A stretch of 64,000 nt of DNA from an uncultured candidate division Zixibacteria bacterium. GTDB lineage: Bacteria; Zixibacteria; MSB-5A5; UBA10806; 4484-95. The translations under genes and the position numbers were made by a program. Location: NCBI GenBank assembly GCA_963668625.2, contig CAXXKA010000010.1, positions 320,001-384,000 of the forward strand, written 5' to 3'. This document shows positions 41,095 to 51,534 of the stretch, piece by piece; position 1 is the first letter of the stretch; each line of letters opens with the position of its first letter. Under the pieces are notes generated by a model that did not search any database, was not told the origin of the DNA, and was given only the letters and a program-made list of their open reading frames with translations.

Positions 41095-41727
41095 ATGAGG
41101 TTTTGCTTGATCGCAGTTCTTATTATGTTGCTGAGTTTTTCCAGTATGGGTATGGCTCAGGAATCTGGAAGTTTTATAGCCAGCTTTGATATTGGTATCA
41201 CCTCTGCTATGGGCGAATTTAAGGATGATGGCATGGCGGCCAATGGGTTTGGCTTAGGCGCCGAACTTCAGTATACGCTTTTCCAGAATTTATCTTTCGG
41301 GCCGTTTGCCAGATATCATAGGTTTGGATTGCGGGAGCCAAGTACTGACGGAACATCAAGCTATAATTTTACACAATATGGCGGTGTAGCTAAGCTCAAC
41401 TTGTTCGATGTTGACAAAGGTAAATTGTACGTAGTCGGTGGCGGCGGAATGTTCACGCCGAACTATCATATTTGGACGCCAGATTACGTTTCGAATGATG
41501 AATGGGATACCGGCACGTTTTTCATGGGTGGTCTGGGCATATCTTCCAACCCCTTCAGGAAGACAGTTTTTCAGCTGGAGGTAAGGTATAATCTCGGTAC
41601 AGCCGATTACGTGATGGAAGATGCCTTTGGCGAAGAAACCTCCGAGGAATACAAATTCGATTTTCTCTATTTCCTTGTTAAGATTTCATTCAACTCTAAA
41701 GGCAAGTCCGCTCCGCCAAGATATTAA
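41095..41727 (+). CDS. Outer-membrane beta-barrel protein
   Basis: Signal peptide, alternating amphipathic Gly/aromatic-rich strands. Confidence 0.7.
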   Translation: MRFCLIAVLIMLLSFSSMGMAQESGSFIASFDIGITSAMGEFKDDGMAANGFGLGAELQYTLFQNLSFGPFARYHRFGLREPSTDGTSSYNFTQYGGVAKLNLFDVDKGKLYVVGGGGMFTPNYHIWTPDYVSNDEWDTGTFFMGGLGISSNPFRKTVFQLEVRYNLGTADYVMEDAFGEETSEEYKFDFLYFLVKISFNSKGKSAPPRY

Positions 41728-41755
41728 ATATTATGGTTGATATCGCAAGAATTGA

Positions 41756-41780
41756 AAGCCCGCCTCAGCGGGTTTTTTTT
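41756..41780. terminator. Terminator between convergent genes
   Basis: AAAGCCCGC-ctca-GCGGGTTTTTTT. Confidence 0.7.
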
Positions 41781-42606
41781 ATAGCACGTCTCTGAATGAG
41801 GTAAACTCGTATTTACTGATTATCTTTTCCAGCTTGGAATAGGTTTTATCGAGATTTATATAATGCCGAAATGTGTTGCCTAACCCCGCGCCACTCAAAC
41901 GCGGCTGCTTCGGATCGAACTCCCAGGGGTGGAGATACACTATAACGGGTCGTTTCTCGGCCATTGCCTTTTTAATATTCATATCGATCAGGAAATCCGG
42001 AAACAGCCTGAAATAACCGCCGCCCGCCGCGGGGATTCGTTTACCGAAATACTCGACGACTGTCATGGGAAATTCTTTTAACAACACCTCACCGTTGGCT
42101 TTAATCTCGAATGGAGCGAGTGGCGCCGATTGTGAATCGGCATAACGGAAATGTTTCATCGGAAACAGCGAGGAATCGTATTTGAACCCCAACCCGGAAA
42201 GAATTTTGAACTTGTCGATATCACCGACTCCCAGGGAGAAACTGGGCGCGCGATGGCCGATGATTTTCTGCCCTGATAATGATTCCAATAGCTCGCTGGT
42301 TTCGGCCAGTTCCTCTCGAAGCTGCTCATCGGGCATATCGTATATCAGTTTATGATCGAAACCGTGACTGGCGATCTCATGTCCGTTTTCGGCTATCAGC
42401 TCGACAAGTTTCGGATGACGTTTCGCGATCCAGCCGAGTATAAAAAAAGTAGCTTTGATATCGTAGCGTCCCAAAAGCTCGAGTATACTCCCGGTGCTTT
42501 CAACCACGCGAGAATCATGCTTGTCCCAGTTCTCCCGTTTAACGGCATCCGCCATACCGGATACCTGGAAATGCTCTTCGATATCAAAGCTAAGTATGTT
42601 TTTCAT
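41779..42606 (-). CDS. Polysaccharide deacetylase (XrtA/PEP-CTERM-associated, DUF3473 type)
   Basis: SFDIEEHF, ATFFILGW, GHEIASHG, HRAPSFS, GGGYFRL, YLHPWEFDP. Confidence 0.88.
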   Translation of the reverse strand: MKNILSFDIEEHFQVSGMADAVKRENWDKHDSRVVESTGSILELLGRYDIKATFFILGWIAKRHPKLVELIAENGHEIASHGFDHKLIYDMPDEQLREELAETSELLESLSGQKIIGHRAPSFSLGVGDIDKFKILSGLGFKYDSSLFPMKHFRYADSQSAPLAPFEIKANGEVLLKEFPMTVVEYFGKRIPAAGGGYFRLFPDFLIDMNIKKAMAEKRPVIVYLHPWEFDPKQPRLSGAGLGNTFRHYINLDKTYSKLEKIISKYEFTSFRDVL

Positions 42607-42634
42607 GATACTAATTATCTGTCGCCATATCAGC

Positions 42635-43960
42635 TTACAGCTTTGGCAAATAGTTTTCTATCTCGTAATCCATTACCGCCATACGATAACGATCCCATTC
42701 CACTTTTTTGTTCTCGATCAGTTTGTAGTAAAGATGATCGCCGAGCACCTTGCGCATGAAATCCGATTGCTCGAACTCCCTGACGGCGTTTTCCAATGAA
42801 TTCGGCAGAATATCGAGATTCAAACTTTCGCGCTTGGCGTCATCCATATGGAAAATATTCTCCTCGATGGCGTCTGTCAAAGATAAATTATTCTTCACGC
42901 CGTCATAACCCGAGGCCAGCATCGTAGCGAACGCCAGGTAAGGGTTGCAGGCCGGATCCGGGCTTCTCAGCTCGACCCTGGTGGCTTCCTCGCGGCCCAC
43001 TCGATACATCGGGATACGAATAAGTGATGAGCGGTTTCGTCGTCCCCAGGAGATATATGCAGGAGCCTCGTAACCCGGTACCAGACGTTTGTACGAGTTG
43101 ACCCACTGGTTGGTGATAAGGGTGAACGATTTGATATGCTTCATCAAACCCGCCACGTAACTGCGCGCGGTTTTCGATAAGTTATACTCCGCATTTTTAT
43201 CGAAGAAAGTGTTATGATTATCTTTGAACAACGATTGATGCGTATGCATACCGGAGCCGTTTTCACCGAATATCGGCTTGGGCATGAACGTAGCGTAGTA
43301 TCCCTCGCTGGCGGCTATTTCCTTTACGATCAGTCGGTAAATCATCGCTGAATCGGCCATTCTGAGAGCTTTGTTATATTTCAAGTCTATCTCATGCTGG
43401 CTTGGGGCTACCTCGTGATGAGAACATTCTACCGGTATACCCACCGATTCCAACGCCTTGATCGTTTTCTTGCGAATTTTCGTCGGCGTGTCTATTGCCG
43501 TGTAGTCGAAATAGCCTGCCTTATCCAATACCTCAGGCGAGTTGGAATCTTTAAAATAGAAATACTCTATTTCCGGTCCCATATATGCGGTGTAACCATC
43601 TTTGGCCAATTCCCCGGTTACTCGTTTTAAAATATAACGGGAATCACCCTCGTAGGGTTGGCCGTCCGGAGTCTGGATATCGGCAAATAGGAAAGCAATG
43701 CGCTCGTCATTGATCGACCAGGGAATGATCGTGAACGTATCCAGGTCGGGTATTGCCATCAAATCCGATTCCTCGATCCTGACGAAGCCCTCGATCGAGG
43801 ACCCGTCAAAACCCTGCCCGTGTTCCAAAACAGCTTCGATTTCCGAGCGGGTTATACTCATCCCTTTCAAGTATCCGAGAATATCGGTGAACCACAAGCG
43901 AATGTATTTGATCTGGTTTTCGTCGATGATTTTTATAATATCGTCTTTGGTGTAAGGCAT
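42635..43960 (-). CDS. glnA: Glutamine synthetase, type I
   Basis: FDGSSIEGFVRIEESD, HHEVAPSQHE, FMPKPIFGENGSGMH, NSYKRLVPGYEAP, ELRSPDP. Confidence 0.92.
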   Translation of the reverse strand: MPYTKDDIIKIIDENQIKYIRLWFTDILGYLKGMSITRSEIEAVLEHGQGFDGSSIEGFVRIEESDLMAIPDLDTFTIIPWSINDERIAFLFADIQTPDGQPYEGDSRYILKRVTGELAKDGYTAYMGPEIEYFYFKDSNSPEVLDKAGYFDYTAIDTPTKIRKKTIKALESVGIPVECSHHEVAPSQHEIDLKYNKALRMADSAMIYRLIVKEIAASEGYYATFMPKPIFGENGSGMHTHQSLFKDNHNTFFDKNAEYNLSKTARSYVAGLMKHIKSFTLITNQWVNSYKRLVPGYEAPAYISWGRRNRSSLIRIPMYRVGREEATRVELRSPDPACNPYLAFATMLASGYDGVKNNLSLTDAIEENIFHMDDAKRESLNLDILPNSLENAVREFEQSDFMRKVLGDHLYYKLIENKKVEWDRYRMAVMDYEIENYLPKL

Positions 43961-44047
43961 TTATTTCCTCCTGAAAGTTGTATCGTTTTTATATGTATCG
44001 GAATTATGTGAAACTAACTTGCTGAAAAAATAAATTTTAATGGATTT

Positions 44048-45022
44048 CTAATCAGAAATACGCGGGAATTTTTTATGCCAGGCAATCGTGTTTTTAAGCC
44101 CCTGTTGAAGATTCGTTCGGGATTCAAATTGCAACAGTCTTTTAGCCCTGTCCAAATCAGGAACCCTGTTTCTGACATCCTCGTATTTACCGCCGAAATT
44201 TTCATAAGGTATATATCGTATTTCGGATGATGAACCGGTTATGGCGATTACTTTCTCTGCCAGTTCACTGATATTTATCTCATCATCCGAACCTATATTT
44301 ACGATCTCTCCGATAGTTTTATCAGTTTCGGCCGCTTTCATTATGCCGCGTACGGTATCATCGACGTAACAAAAACTCCGCGTCTGTAAACCATCACCAT
44401 GAACGGTGAGGGATTTATTTTGCAGGGCCTGTTCGATAAACACCGCTTGCGGCCCGCCCCACCAGGTTCTATGGTTTCTCGGTCCATAACTTCCAAAGAA
44501 CCTCATAACCACCACCGGAAGTTCCTTTTCGGCGTAATAAGCCATGGCTAATTGTTCATCGAAAGCTTTAGAGATAGCGTAAGCCCAACGCCTGACATAC
44601 GGTGATCCGATAACCAGGTCATCGGTTTCTTTAAAGGGAGGATTGGGATTTTTCCCATAGACATCGGATGTGGAGGCCAATAAAGTTTTTACCTTATATG
44701 TGGATGCCGATTCGAATACCGCTTTCGTGCCCTCGTTATTAATATCGAGAGTTTGCAAAGCGCCACCGTACCGGGGGATTTTGAACGCCGCCAAGTGAAA
44801 TACTGCATCCGCGCCCTTAAAGCAATCATCCAGAACCTTACGGTTTCGAACGTCCGCTTTGACGAATTCGAATCGATCGCTGTTCGATATCGGTTCTAGA
44901 TTTATCAAATCGCCGAATGAGAGATCGTCTATTGCGATCACGCTCCAACCGGAGTCGATCAACTTTATAGATAAATTCGAGCCGATAAAACCGGCGCCGC
45001 CTGTAATTACTGCTTTAGGCAT
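44048..45022 (-). CDS. NAD-dependent nucleotide-sugar epimerase/dehydratase
   Basis: ITGGAGFIGS, STSDVYG, YAISK, GDGLQTRSF. Confidence 0.9.
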   Translation of the reverse strand: MPKAVITGGAGFIGSNLSIKLIDSGWSVIAIDDLSFGDLINLEPISNSDRFEFVKADVRNRKVLDDCFKGADAVFHLAAFKIPRYGGALQTLDINNEGTKAVFESASTYKVKTLLASTSDVYGKNPNPPFKETDDLVIGSPYVRRWAYAISKAFDEQLAMAYYAEKELPVVVMRFFGSYGPRNHRTWWGGPQAVFIEQALQNKSLTVHGDGLQTRSFCYVDDTVRGIMKAAETDKTIGEIVNIGSDDEINISELAEKVIAITGSSSEIRYIPYENFGGKYEDVRNRVPDLDRAKRLLQFESRTNLQQGLKNTIAWHKKFPRISD

Positions 45023-45025
45023 TTT

Positions 45026-46183
45026 CTATGTAATGGATGTGGTTTTAATTTTACGTGTCGACGGATCATCGAACGGCAACGATTTGGAGATTATCTCTAC
45101 GATTCGTCCTGCCGTGTGACCATCCCAATACTTGGGTACGCCGCCGGGTTTGTTTTTGCTATCGAGAATCAATTCCGCTGAGGCGACTATTTTCTCGGGG
45201 AACGAGCCGACTATCGTATTGGTGCCCTCTTTAACCGTGGCGATCCATTCGGTATTTTGACGAATGGTCAGGCAGGGAATGCCCAGCGCGCTGGATTCTA
45301 CCTGCATAGTGCCCGAATCGGTCATCATGAAAAGCGCGTCACGTTCCAACGCCAGTATGTCCGGATATTTGGATTCGACATACATGATGAGGCGTTTGTC
45401 ATCGAAATAATGAGTCAGGCCGAATTCGGAGATATCGTTTTTTACTCGTTTATGGCAAGCGAACACCACCGGTATCTTACTGGATATGGCTTTGGCCGCC
45501 GAAAGAATACCGTTTAACGGTTCGTAGGAGTTCGTGTTAGCTTTGCGGTGAAGAGATAACACGGCGTACATTTTCGGGATCAAACCGTATTTATCCTGTA
45601 TCCTCGATTCTCTGGCGAATGGCAGATATTTTTTCAATGTGTCCACCATAAGGTTGCCGACGAAAAATATATGATCCTCGGGGATACCCTCCTCCAGCAT
45701 ATTGCCATGCGAAATACCGTCGGTAACAAAGTGAAGTTCGGTGATACTGTCAATCAGCTTGCGATTGACATCCGTAGCCGAGGTCAAGCCGGGGCATCTG
45801 AGGCCGGATTCGATATGGGCGATTTTTATCGCTTTTCGGGCCGCTGTAATCGAGGCTCCCAAACATGAGGCGGATCCACCGATGACAACCACCAGGTCGG
45901 GGGATATCTCTTTGAATAGCCTCTCGGTTTCAGTCATCACATTAGCCGTAGCCTCCGCCTGCGGTCCCGGTGGAATATTCAGAAACAAGTTTGGTGGCGG
46001 CAATTGGAGATGCTCGAACAGGTATGAAGATTCGGTTTTACTGAGTGGCTTGCCCGTATATACCACAATGGGCTCAAGTGTATCATAATAACGAGAAAAT
46101 TTTTCCAATACGGGTGAAACTTTAATCAAATTTTTCACCGAGTTGATTATAAACAGCACTTTTTTCAATTTGCCGGAATACAA
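45026..46183 (-). CDS. UDP-GlcNAc 2-epimerase (WecB-like) with degenerate motifs
   Basis: HIESGLR, FVGNLMVD, SLHR, TDSG, WDGHTAGRI support the fold; several catalytic motifs altered. Confidence 0.75.
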   Translation of the reverse strand: MYSGKLKKVLFIINSVKNLIKVSPVLEKFSRYYDTLEPIVVYTGKPLSKTESSYLFEHLQLPPPNLFLNIPPGPQAEATANVMTETERLFKEISPDLVVVIGGSASCLGASITAARKAIKIAHIESGLRCPGLTSATDVNRKLIDSITELHFVTDGISHGNMLEEGIPEDHIFFVGNLMVDTLKKYLPFARESRIQDKYGLIPKMYAVLSLHRKANTNSYEPLNGILSAAKAISSKIPVVFACHKRVKNDISEFGLTHYFDDKRLIMYVESKYPDILALERDALFMMTDSGTMQVESSALGIPCLTIRQNTEWIATVKEGTNTIVGSFPEKIVASAELILDSKNKPGGVPKYWDGHTAGRIVEIISKSLPFDDPSTRKIKTTSIT

Positions 46184-46276
46184 TACACATTCTCCTTTTT
46201 TGTATTGTTGTCGGTCGAATCGTAAGCTATTATAGCATTATTTTCAGGGTATAGTAAAGGAAAAAGGAAATTATAG

Positions 46277-47140
46277 TCATTCGGTTTCATCAATTTCTAA
46301 AATCCGAGTTATTTTCGCGAAATCGAACTCCAATAATAACCGGGTCAGCTTGAATTCCGCCAAACTCAGATTCCCGTAGCTTTTCAAACTTTGAAGCGGA
46401 CTTAGCACCTGCTGGGGCAGATGCGGGTCGAATTCCCAGAGCGGGAAATTGATTATCGCGGGCATATTCTTAAAAGTATGTCTCCTGAGACACCGTCTAA
46501 GAAACCAGAACGGATAAAGCCTGATTTTGCCTGTTTTACCGAATCTCGTTTCCACCCCGAATATTTTATACAAACTTGGCGGGAAAACATCGATTTTAGA
46601 GCCGTTTTCATAGGTAATCGATATAGGTAAGGTAGTTTGGCCTCTAAGTGACATTTTGAAATCGACCAGGCAATATGAAAAACCGTAATTGGCAACCGCT
46701 TTGATATATTGCCGGCCTTTCTCCGGACTGGATTTTAGCAATATCCCGTGTGCCGTCTGGTCGGTTATTTTCTCCAGTTCCGCTTTAGAGGATTCGACTG
46801 AATCGAAACACTCGGGAACATCGACATCACAACAAATACCGATTTCATGTCCCCGCGAGGAGACAAGCGACACCACCTCAGGAAATGCTTTCATTATATC
46901 CGCGGTGATATAAAAATTGCCTTCAGCACGATGTTTATCTATATGGTCAAGTAAATGAAGAATATTCGGGATTACTCTCGAGCGGGTTTTACCGGAAACA
47001 GCTCCTTTGGGCAGGAAATCGTTTATCTCAATTACGAGGATATGGCCTAGGAATGGCTTAACTTGTTCGGATTTTTCTAATTTTGTGGCTTGCATTCTCA
47101 TCTTTCCGGGATTACGTGTCACATCAGTCATTAATATCAT
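46277..47140 (-). CDS. Degenerate polysaccharide deacetylase-like protein (DUF3473-like)
   Basis: RGHEIG, RLYPFW, WEFDPHLP match 41779..42606; metal-binding residues not evident. Confidence 0.6.
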   Translation of the reverse strand: MILMTDVTRNPGKMRMQATKLEKSEQVKPFLGHILVIEINDFLPKGAVSGKTRSRVIPNILHLLDHIDKHRAEGNFYITADIMKAFPEVVSLVSSRGHEIGICCDVDVPECFDSVESSKAELEKITDQTAHGILLKSSPEKGRQYIKAVANYGFSYCLVDFKMSLRGQTTLPISITYENGSKIDVFPPSLYKIFGVETRFGKTGKIRLYPFWFLRRCLRRHTFKNMPAIINFPLWEFDPHLPQQVLSPLQSLKSYGNLSLAEFKLTRLLLEFDFAKITRILEIDETE

Positions 47141-47357
47141 CGGATGGACAATGTTAACAGCTTAGAAAATAAAATGCAAGTTACGTATGGAAAATAGTTA
47201 TCTATATAAACATGTATTGCAATAATAGGCTGTTTTGCGCCACGGATTTCATATTATATATTGATGATAGCTATTATTAAGGATTTAAAGGTTAATATTG
47301 ATGATAGTTTATCTTTTTAATATTTACTCTATATGTCGATAGTGTTATTATAAAGTT

Positions 47358-48263
47358 ATGGGTAGAATACCGAAAAAATTAATGATTATCGTAAATCCCT
47401 CCAGCGGCGGGGGAAAATCCCTCGATATGCTTCCTGATATCGAGAGGATTGTCGGTGAACTGGGCGGAAGGGCTGATATCAGGCTTTCCAAAAGCGCTCA
47501 GGATGCCACCAATCTCGCCAAATCGGCGGTTAAGTGCTTCTACGAAAGGGTCATAGCTGTCGGTGGCGATGGCACGATCAACCTGGTTGCCTCAGGATTA
47601 GTCGGCTCTAAAACGTCGCTGGGAATCATCCCGGCCGGTACCGGCAACGATTTCGCCCGGGTGCTGGACATTAACGGCGATCTCGACAATATATGTAAAA
47701 TAGCCTTGAAGAATGATCCAATCGATACGGATATCGGTAGGATTAACGATCAGGTATTTTTCAATATGGTGGGTATCGGGTTTGATGCTTTAATCGCGCA
47801 ATCGATTAATTTGCAGGAAAACAGGTTTGGCCTGGCCTCGTACCTGATAGCGATTTACAAGAATTTGAAAGAGTATTCCAGCAATGAGATCAAGATTCGC
47901 GTGGATAGCTATGAAAGTGAAGAGGAGGCGTTGATGCTGGCCATAGGCATTGGTAGAAGTACCGGCAGCGGGTTCAGGCTGACGCCCTCGGCTAAAATCG
48001 ATGATGGCAAATTCGATATATGCCTGGTTAAGCATGTTAAACCTCTGCGCATGATATCGTTATTACCAAGCGTGCGTAAGGGGAATCATGTCAGGATACC
48101 CGAGGTCAAGATGTATCGATGCCGTCAGTTGGAGATATTTTCATCGAAACCGCTTCCAATCCAGTACGAGGGCGAGACAACATACAGTACTAATGGAAAA
48201 ATTTCAGTAAAGATGTGCCGTTCCAAACTTCATGTTGCCGCAGGAGTACAAGTAAATAGATGA
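47358..48263 (+). CDS. Diacylglycerol kinase family lipid kinase (YegS/DagK-like)
   Basis: IVNPSSGGG, AVGGDGT, IPAGTGNDFA. Confidence 0.88.
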   Translation: MGRIPKKLMIIVNPSSGGGKSLDMLPDIERIVGELGGRADIRLSKSAQDATNLAKSAVKCFYERVIAVGGDGTINLVASGLVGSKTSLGIIPAGTGNDFARVLDINGDLDNICKIALKNDPIDTDIGRINDQVFFNMVGIGFDALIAQSINLQENRFGLASYLIAIYKNLKEYSSNEIKIRVDSYESEEEALMLAIGIGRSTGSGFRLTPSAKIDDGKFDICLVKHVKPLRMISLLPSVRKGNHVRIPEVKMYRCRQLEIFSSKPLPIQYEGETTYSTNGKISVKMCRSKLHVAAGVQVNR

Positions 48264-48910
48264 GGACCTTAGTACTGTTTTTAATAGCGTTCGCGCTGAT
48301 GATTTCGTTCACCGAATCTAAAGCGTCCGGTTATAGTTTTGCCCGGCGCGATTTTATCTCGGCTATGGCTGATTCGGCCGAGGATATAATCCCCGAGCCG
48401 GAGGATAGCAACTGTTGCGATAAAATATCGAAGATCGAAGCTAAAACCATAATCCCCGGCGCCAGGGTTGATAGTCTGAAACTAGCCCTTCCCGATGGCG
48501 ACAAGCAATGGAATCCGAATCCGACCACATCTTTGTTCCTTTCAATGTTCATTCCCGGCGGCGGTCAGTTTTACAATCGGAGCTATATTAAATCGGTTGT
48601 ATATGGTAGCACGGAAATTTACCTGGTAAAATATATTGCCTGGCGCTGGAAATGGATGAACCGTCATAAAAGTAATTTCCAGAACACCGATGACGAGACG
48701 TATAAAGCGGAGCAATTCGCTCTGTATGAAAAAACACGCGATAGCAGGAATCTTCACCTGTGGCTTATCAGCCTGACAACTCTCTTTACCATGTTTGATG
48801 CTTACGTGGATGCTCATCTTTCCGATTTCGACCAGACCGATAAGGCTTTCGAGGTGTATCTTACACCCGAGGATGAGGCGATACTGTTAAACCTGGTTTA
48901 TAATTTCTGA
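48260..48910 (+). CDS. DUF5683-like exported/membrane protein
   Basis: Signal peptide, LSMFIPGGGQFYN, MFDAYVDAHL. Confidence 0.7.
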   Translation: MRTLVLFLIAFALMISFTESKASGYSFARRDFISAMADSAEDIIPEPEDSNCCDKISKIEAKTIIPGARVDSLKLALPDGDKQWNPNPTTSLFLSMFIPGGGQFYNRSYIKSVVYGSTEIYLVKYIAWRWKWMNRHKSNFQNTDDETYKAEQFALYEKTRDSRNLHLWLISLTTLFTMFDAYVDAHLSDFDQTDKAFEVYLTPEDEAILLNLVYNF

Positions 48911-49482
48911 TGATTACCGGTATCTCAGGTTCGGCGACACCCAACAGCTCAACCGATATACTTATCGGAAAAGCCTTGAGCGGCGCAAAGATGAACCGTC
49001 ACAAAACGAAATTTTATCGCTTAAACGAGATGAATATGATTCCCTGTCAGGCCTGCGGGAAATCACCCGAGCCCGAGTATTGTTTTTTTCATGATGATGC
49101 TTATATACTATTCGAGAAGATCGAGCAAAGCGACGCGGTAATTTTGGGCTCGCCGGTTTATTTCGATTCTGTTTCGGCGCAGACCAAGATATTCATCGAT
49201 AGAAGCAACTGCCTTCGCCCGGCGGATTTTTCCGACATGAACGTGCAGAATTTTCGGAAACCACGATTCATCGGAAAGAGCGGCGGAATAATTCTGGTGG
49301 CCGGTGACTATGGCAAGTTCGAGGCCTCATTGCGAGTGATGCGGGCGTATTTTATCTGGGCCGGTATTGAAATAAAGTTCGAGTTGCTATATACCACTAA
49401 GTCTCTTCAATACGGCGAAGCGGCTCAGGATGAACATATCTTAAACGAGGCTTTCGAGTGCGGCCAAAAACTTATGAATTGA
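48910..49482 (+). CDS. Flavodoxin family / iron-sulfur flavoprotein-like protein
   Basis: GISGS, PCQACG...C...DD, ILGSPVYF, KIFIDR. Confidence 0.85.
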   Translation: MITGISGSATPNSSTDILIGKALSGAKMNRHKTKFYRLNEMNMIPCQACGKSPEPEYCFFHDDAYILFEKIEQSDAVILGSPVYFDSVSAQTKIFIDRSNCLRPADFSDMNVQNFRKPRFIGKSGGIILVAGDYGKFEASLRVMRAYFIWAGIEIKFELLYTTKSLQYGEAAQDEHILNEAFECGQKLMN

Positions 49483-49489
49483 GGAATGT

Positions 49490-49675
49490 ATGGCGGAGAA
49501 ACTTTACAGATCGTTAGATAACAGAAAGCTGGCCGGGGTGTGCGGTGGGCTGGGTGAATACTTCAGTATAGATCCGGTGATTATCAGGCTGGCCTGGATA
49601 GCATTTATTTTAGTCGGCGGCGCCGGAATCCTGGCTTATATCATTGCCTGGATCGTGATTCCCGATAAGGCTTAG
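49490..49675 (+). CDS. PspC domain protein
   Basis: KLYRS...KLAGVCGGLGEYF.IDPVIIRL...YIIAWIVIP. Confidence 0.9.
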   Translation: MAEKLYRSLDNRKLAGVCGGLGEYFSIDPVIIRLAWIAFILVGGAGILAYIIAWIVIPDKA

Positions 49676-49676
49676 C

Positions 49677-49976
49677 CTAACCGGGAATATGGATTTTACC
49701 GCTAATAATCGTTTCACAATCCGAGGGCAAATGCAATGGTTGCTTGGCTTTGGTATAAAACGCCAGCCCTTTGTAACTAATCAGATATTTATACGATGGC
49801 GAGAAAAACGCGGGACCAGATACCACCACCAATGGCTTTTCACATTTATACAATATTTTCATGAACTCATCGCTTTCGACCCGGACTAAAACTCCAGAGG
49901 CTTTAATCGCATTAGCGATTGCCGCTTGAGCCGCCGCCGCTCCCGATGCGCCGCCTACCGCTCCACTATTAGACAT
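49677..49976 (-). CDS. Small hypothetical protein
   Basis: AGGAGG RBS upstream; Gly/Ala-rich N-terminus, then YLISYKGLAFYTK. Confidence 0.7.
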   Translation of the reverse strand: MSNSGAVGGASGAAAAQAAIANAIKASGVLVRVESDEFMKILYKCEKPLVVVSGPAFFSPSYKYLISYKGLAFYTKAKQPLHLPSDCETIISGKIHIPG

Positions 49977-50181
49977 AACATTCCTCCTAATATAGTGTTT
50001 TACTATATATAACCTTTATTACAGGGATTATTCAAGCGGTTCTGTTCGGTAATCATCGGGAATAATATGAACGCGACCGGGTATGCCGATTGTCTCGGGT
50101 GTGATATTTTCTGATAGCGTCGCTTTCACTTCCTCGCAATGACGAGAATACTAAGTTATTGATAGAATTCTAAATATAGCG

Positions 50182-51285
50182 TTAATCCGAGGATCGTTTC
50201 TCCTCGATCTGCCGGGCGACTTTATCTTTGATTTTCTCTTTATAATCTTCGGCCCGATCGTATTTCTTTTTCAGCCTGTTTGAGATATCTTTCTCTACGG
50301 TTTGGTCGAGTAGAGCGTTGAAATGCTTTAAAGCATCAATGTACTCACCCCGCCAATAGTAGGCTATACCGAGGTAATAATTGCATAACCCTATATTGTA
50401 GTAGTTTTGGTTTCCCTTTCGTTCCAAACCTTTCTTGATTGACTTGAAGGAGGCGATTACTCCCTCCGAGTGGCCAATTTTAAAAGCGGCCATGCCTTTG
50501 GGCCATAACACCTGCCGTCCCCGATAGCCTTTGCTCATCAAGTTGTTCAAGATATCGAGAGATTTCTTATAATCCTTCTTATCGAGATATATCATGGCCA
50601 GGCTGGTTGCCGCCGGTAGGGAGGAGTACCTCGAGCTATCACGAGCCAGTTGTACTTGATATATACCCTCTTCGCGCTTATCTGATATGAATGGCAGGCT
50701 CCTTATCAGTCCCATCTTGGCCGATCGCCAATAATTGAGGTTGCCCAGCCCGAGATAGGCCTCGTAGAAAGTAGAATCGAGTTCGATGGCTTTCGAATAC
50801 TGTTTGCCCGCTTCCAGGCCTTTGATTACCGCTTTCAGCCAGCTTCCGTTCTGTCCCTCGTATAGCGCCCGGTATCCCATCGTAACGCCTTTAAAATAGT
50901 ACGCCCATTTATCTTCAGGATTTTCAGCAATGTAATTATCGAGGCCATACCCGGCGGTATCGATCAGGCTATAGAAACGATCAAGTTGCCTATCGTTCTC
51001 GTCATCGCTTAACTCACCATATAATACTCCGACTTTAAACACATACGCCGGCCAATAATCAGGTGTTATGATGAGGATCGAATCCAGTGCGGTTTGGGCA
51101 GCCGTAAAACTGTCACGATAAGTATACTCGATCGTCTTCATGAGCAGCCTGTCCTGATATTCGTTCGGCTGCAAACACATGGCCCGTGTCGACCCTGCTT
51201 TGCCGACGGAGATAAGCATCAACTGAAACAAAACCATCAAGATGCTAACGATTATGACATGTCCGCGAATTTTCATTGCTATCAC
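50182..51285 (-). CDS. Exported TPR-repeat protein
   Basis: Signal-like N-terminus; helical repeats such as KAIELDSTFYEAYLGLG. Confidence 0.7.
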   Translation of the reverse strand: MIAMKIRGHVIIVSILMVLFQLMLISVGKAGSTRAMCLQPNEYQDRLLMKTIEYTYRDSFTAAQTALDSILIITPDYWPAYVFKVGVLYGELSDDENDRQLDRFYSLIDTAGYGLDNYIAENPEDKWAYYFKGVTMGYRALYEGQNGSWLKAVIKGLEAGKQYSKAIELDSTFYEAYLGLGNLNYWRSAKMGLIRSLPFISDKREEGIYQVQLARDSSRYSSLPAATSLAMIYLDKKDYKKSLDILNNLMSKGYRGRQVLWPKGMAAFKIGHSEGVIASFKSIKKGLERKGNQNYYNIGLCNYYLGIAYYWRGEYIDALKHFNALLDQTVEKDISNRLKKKYDRAEDYKEKIKDKVARQIEEKRSSD

Positions 51286-51534
51286 CTACAATAAGCTAAC
51301 TGTGCAAATATTGAGCAAGTTAATGTTATATTGGTCGGAATCAAAATAAATTGAATTAGGTTTTATCGTTATTTAGCGAAATTTATGCCTTAAAACACTG
51401 GGTTATTTACTTTTATTCCAATTTGATCAAAAACAAGCTCTCTTTTTTTGTTTCAAAATTAAATATCGTGGCAGATTTGACGAAATATAAAACAGTAGGC
51501 AGTACATCTGGAAAATACTAACTTCGGAGGTAAT

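Noticed and set aside
50113-50143. Fragments such as GCGTCGCTTTCACTTCCTCGCAATGAC (similar pieces near 11695 and 23576)
   Set aside because: Probably remnants of another palindromic repeat family, but too short and degenerate to delimit reliably
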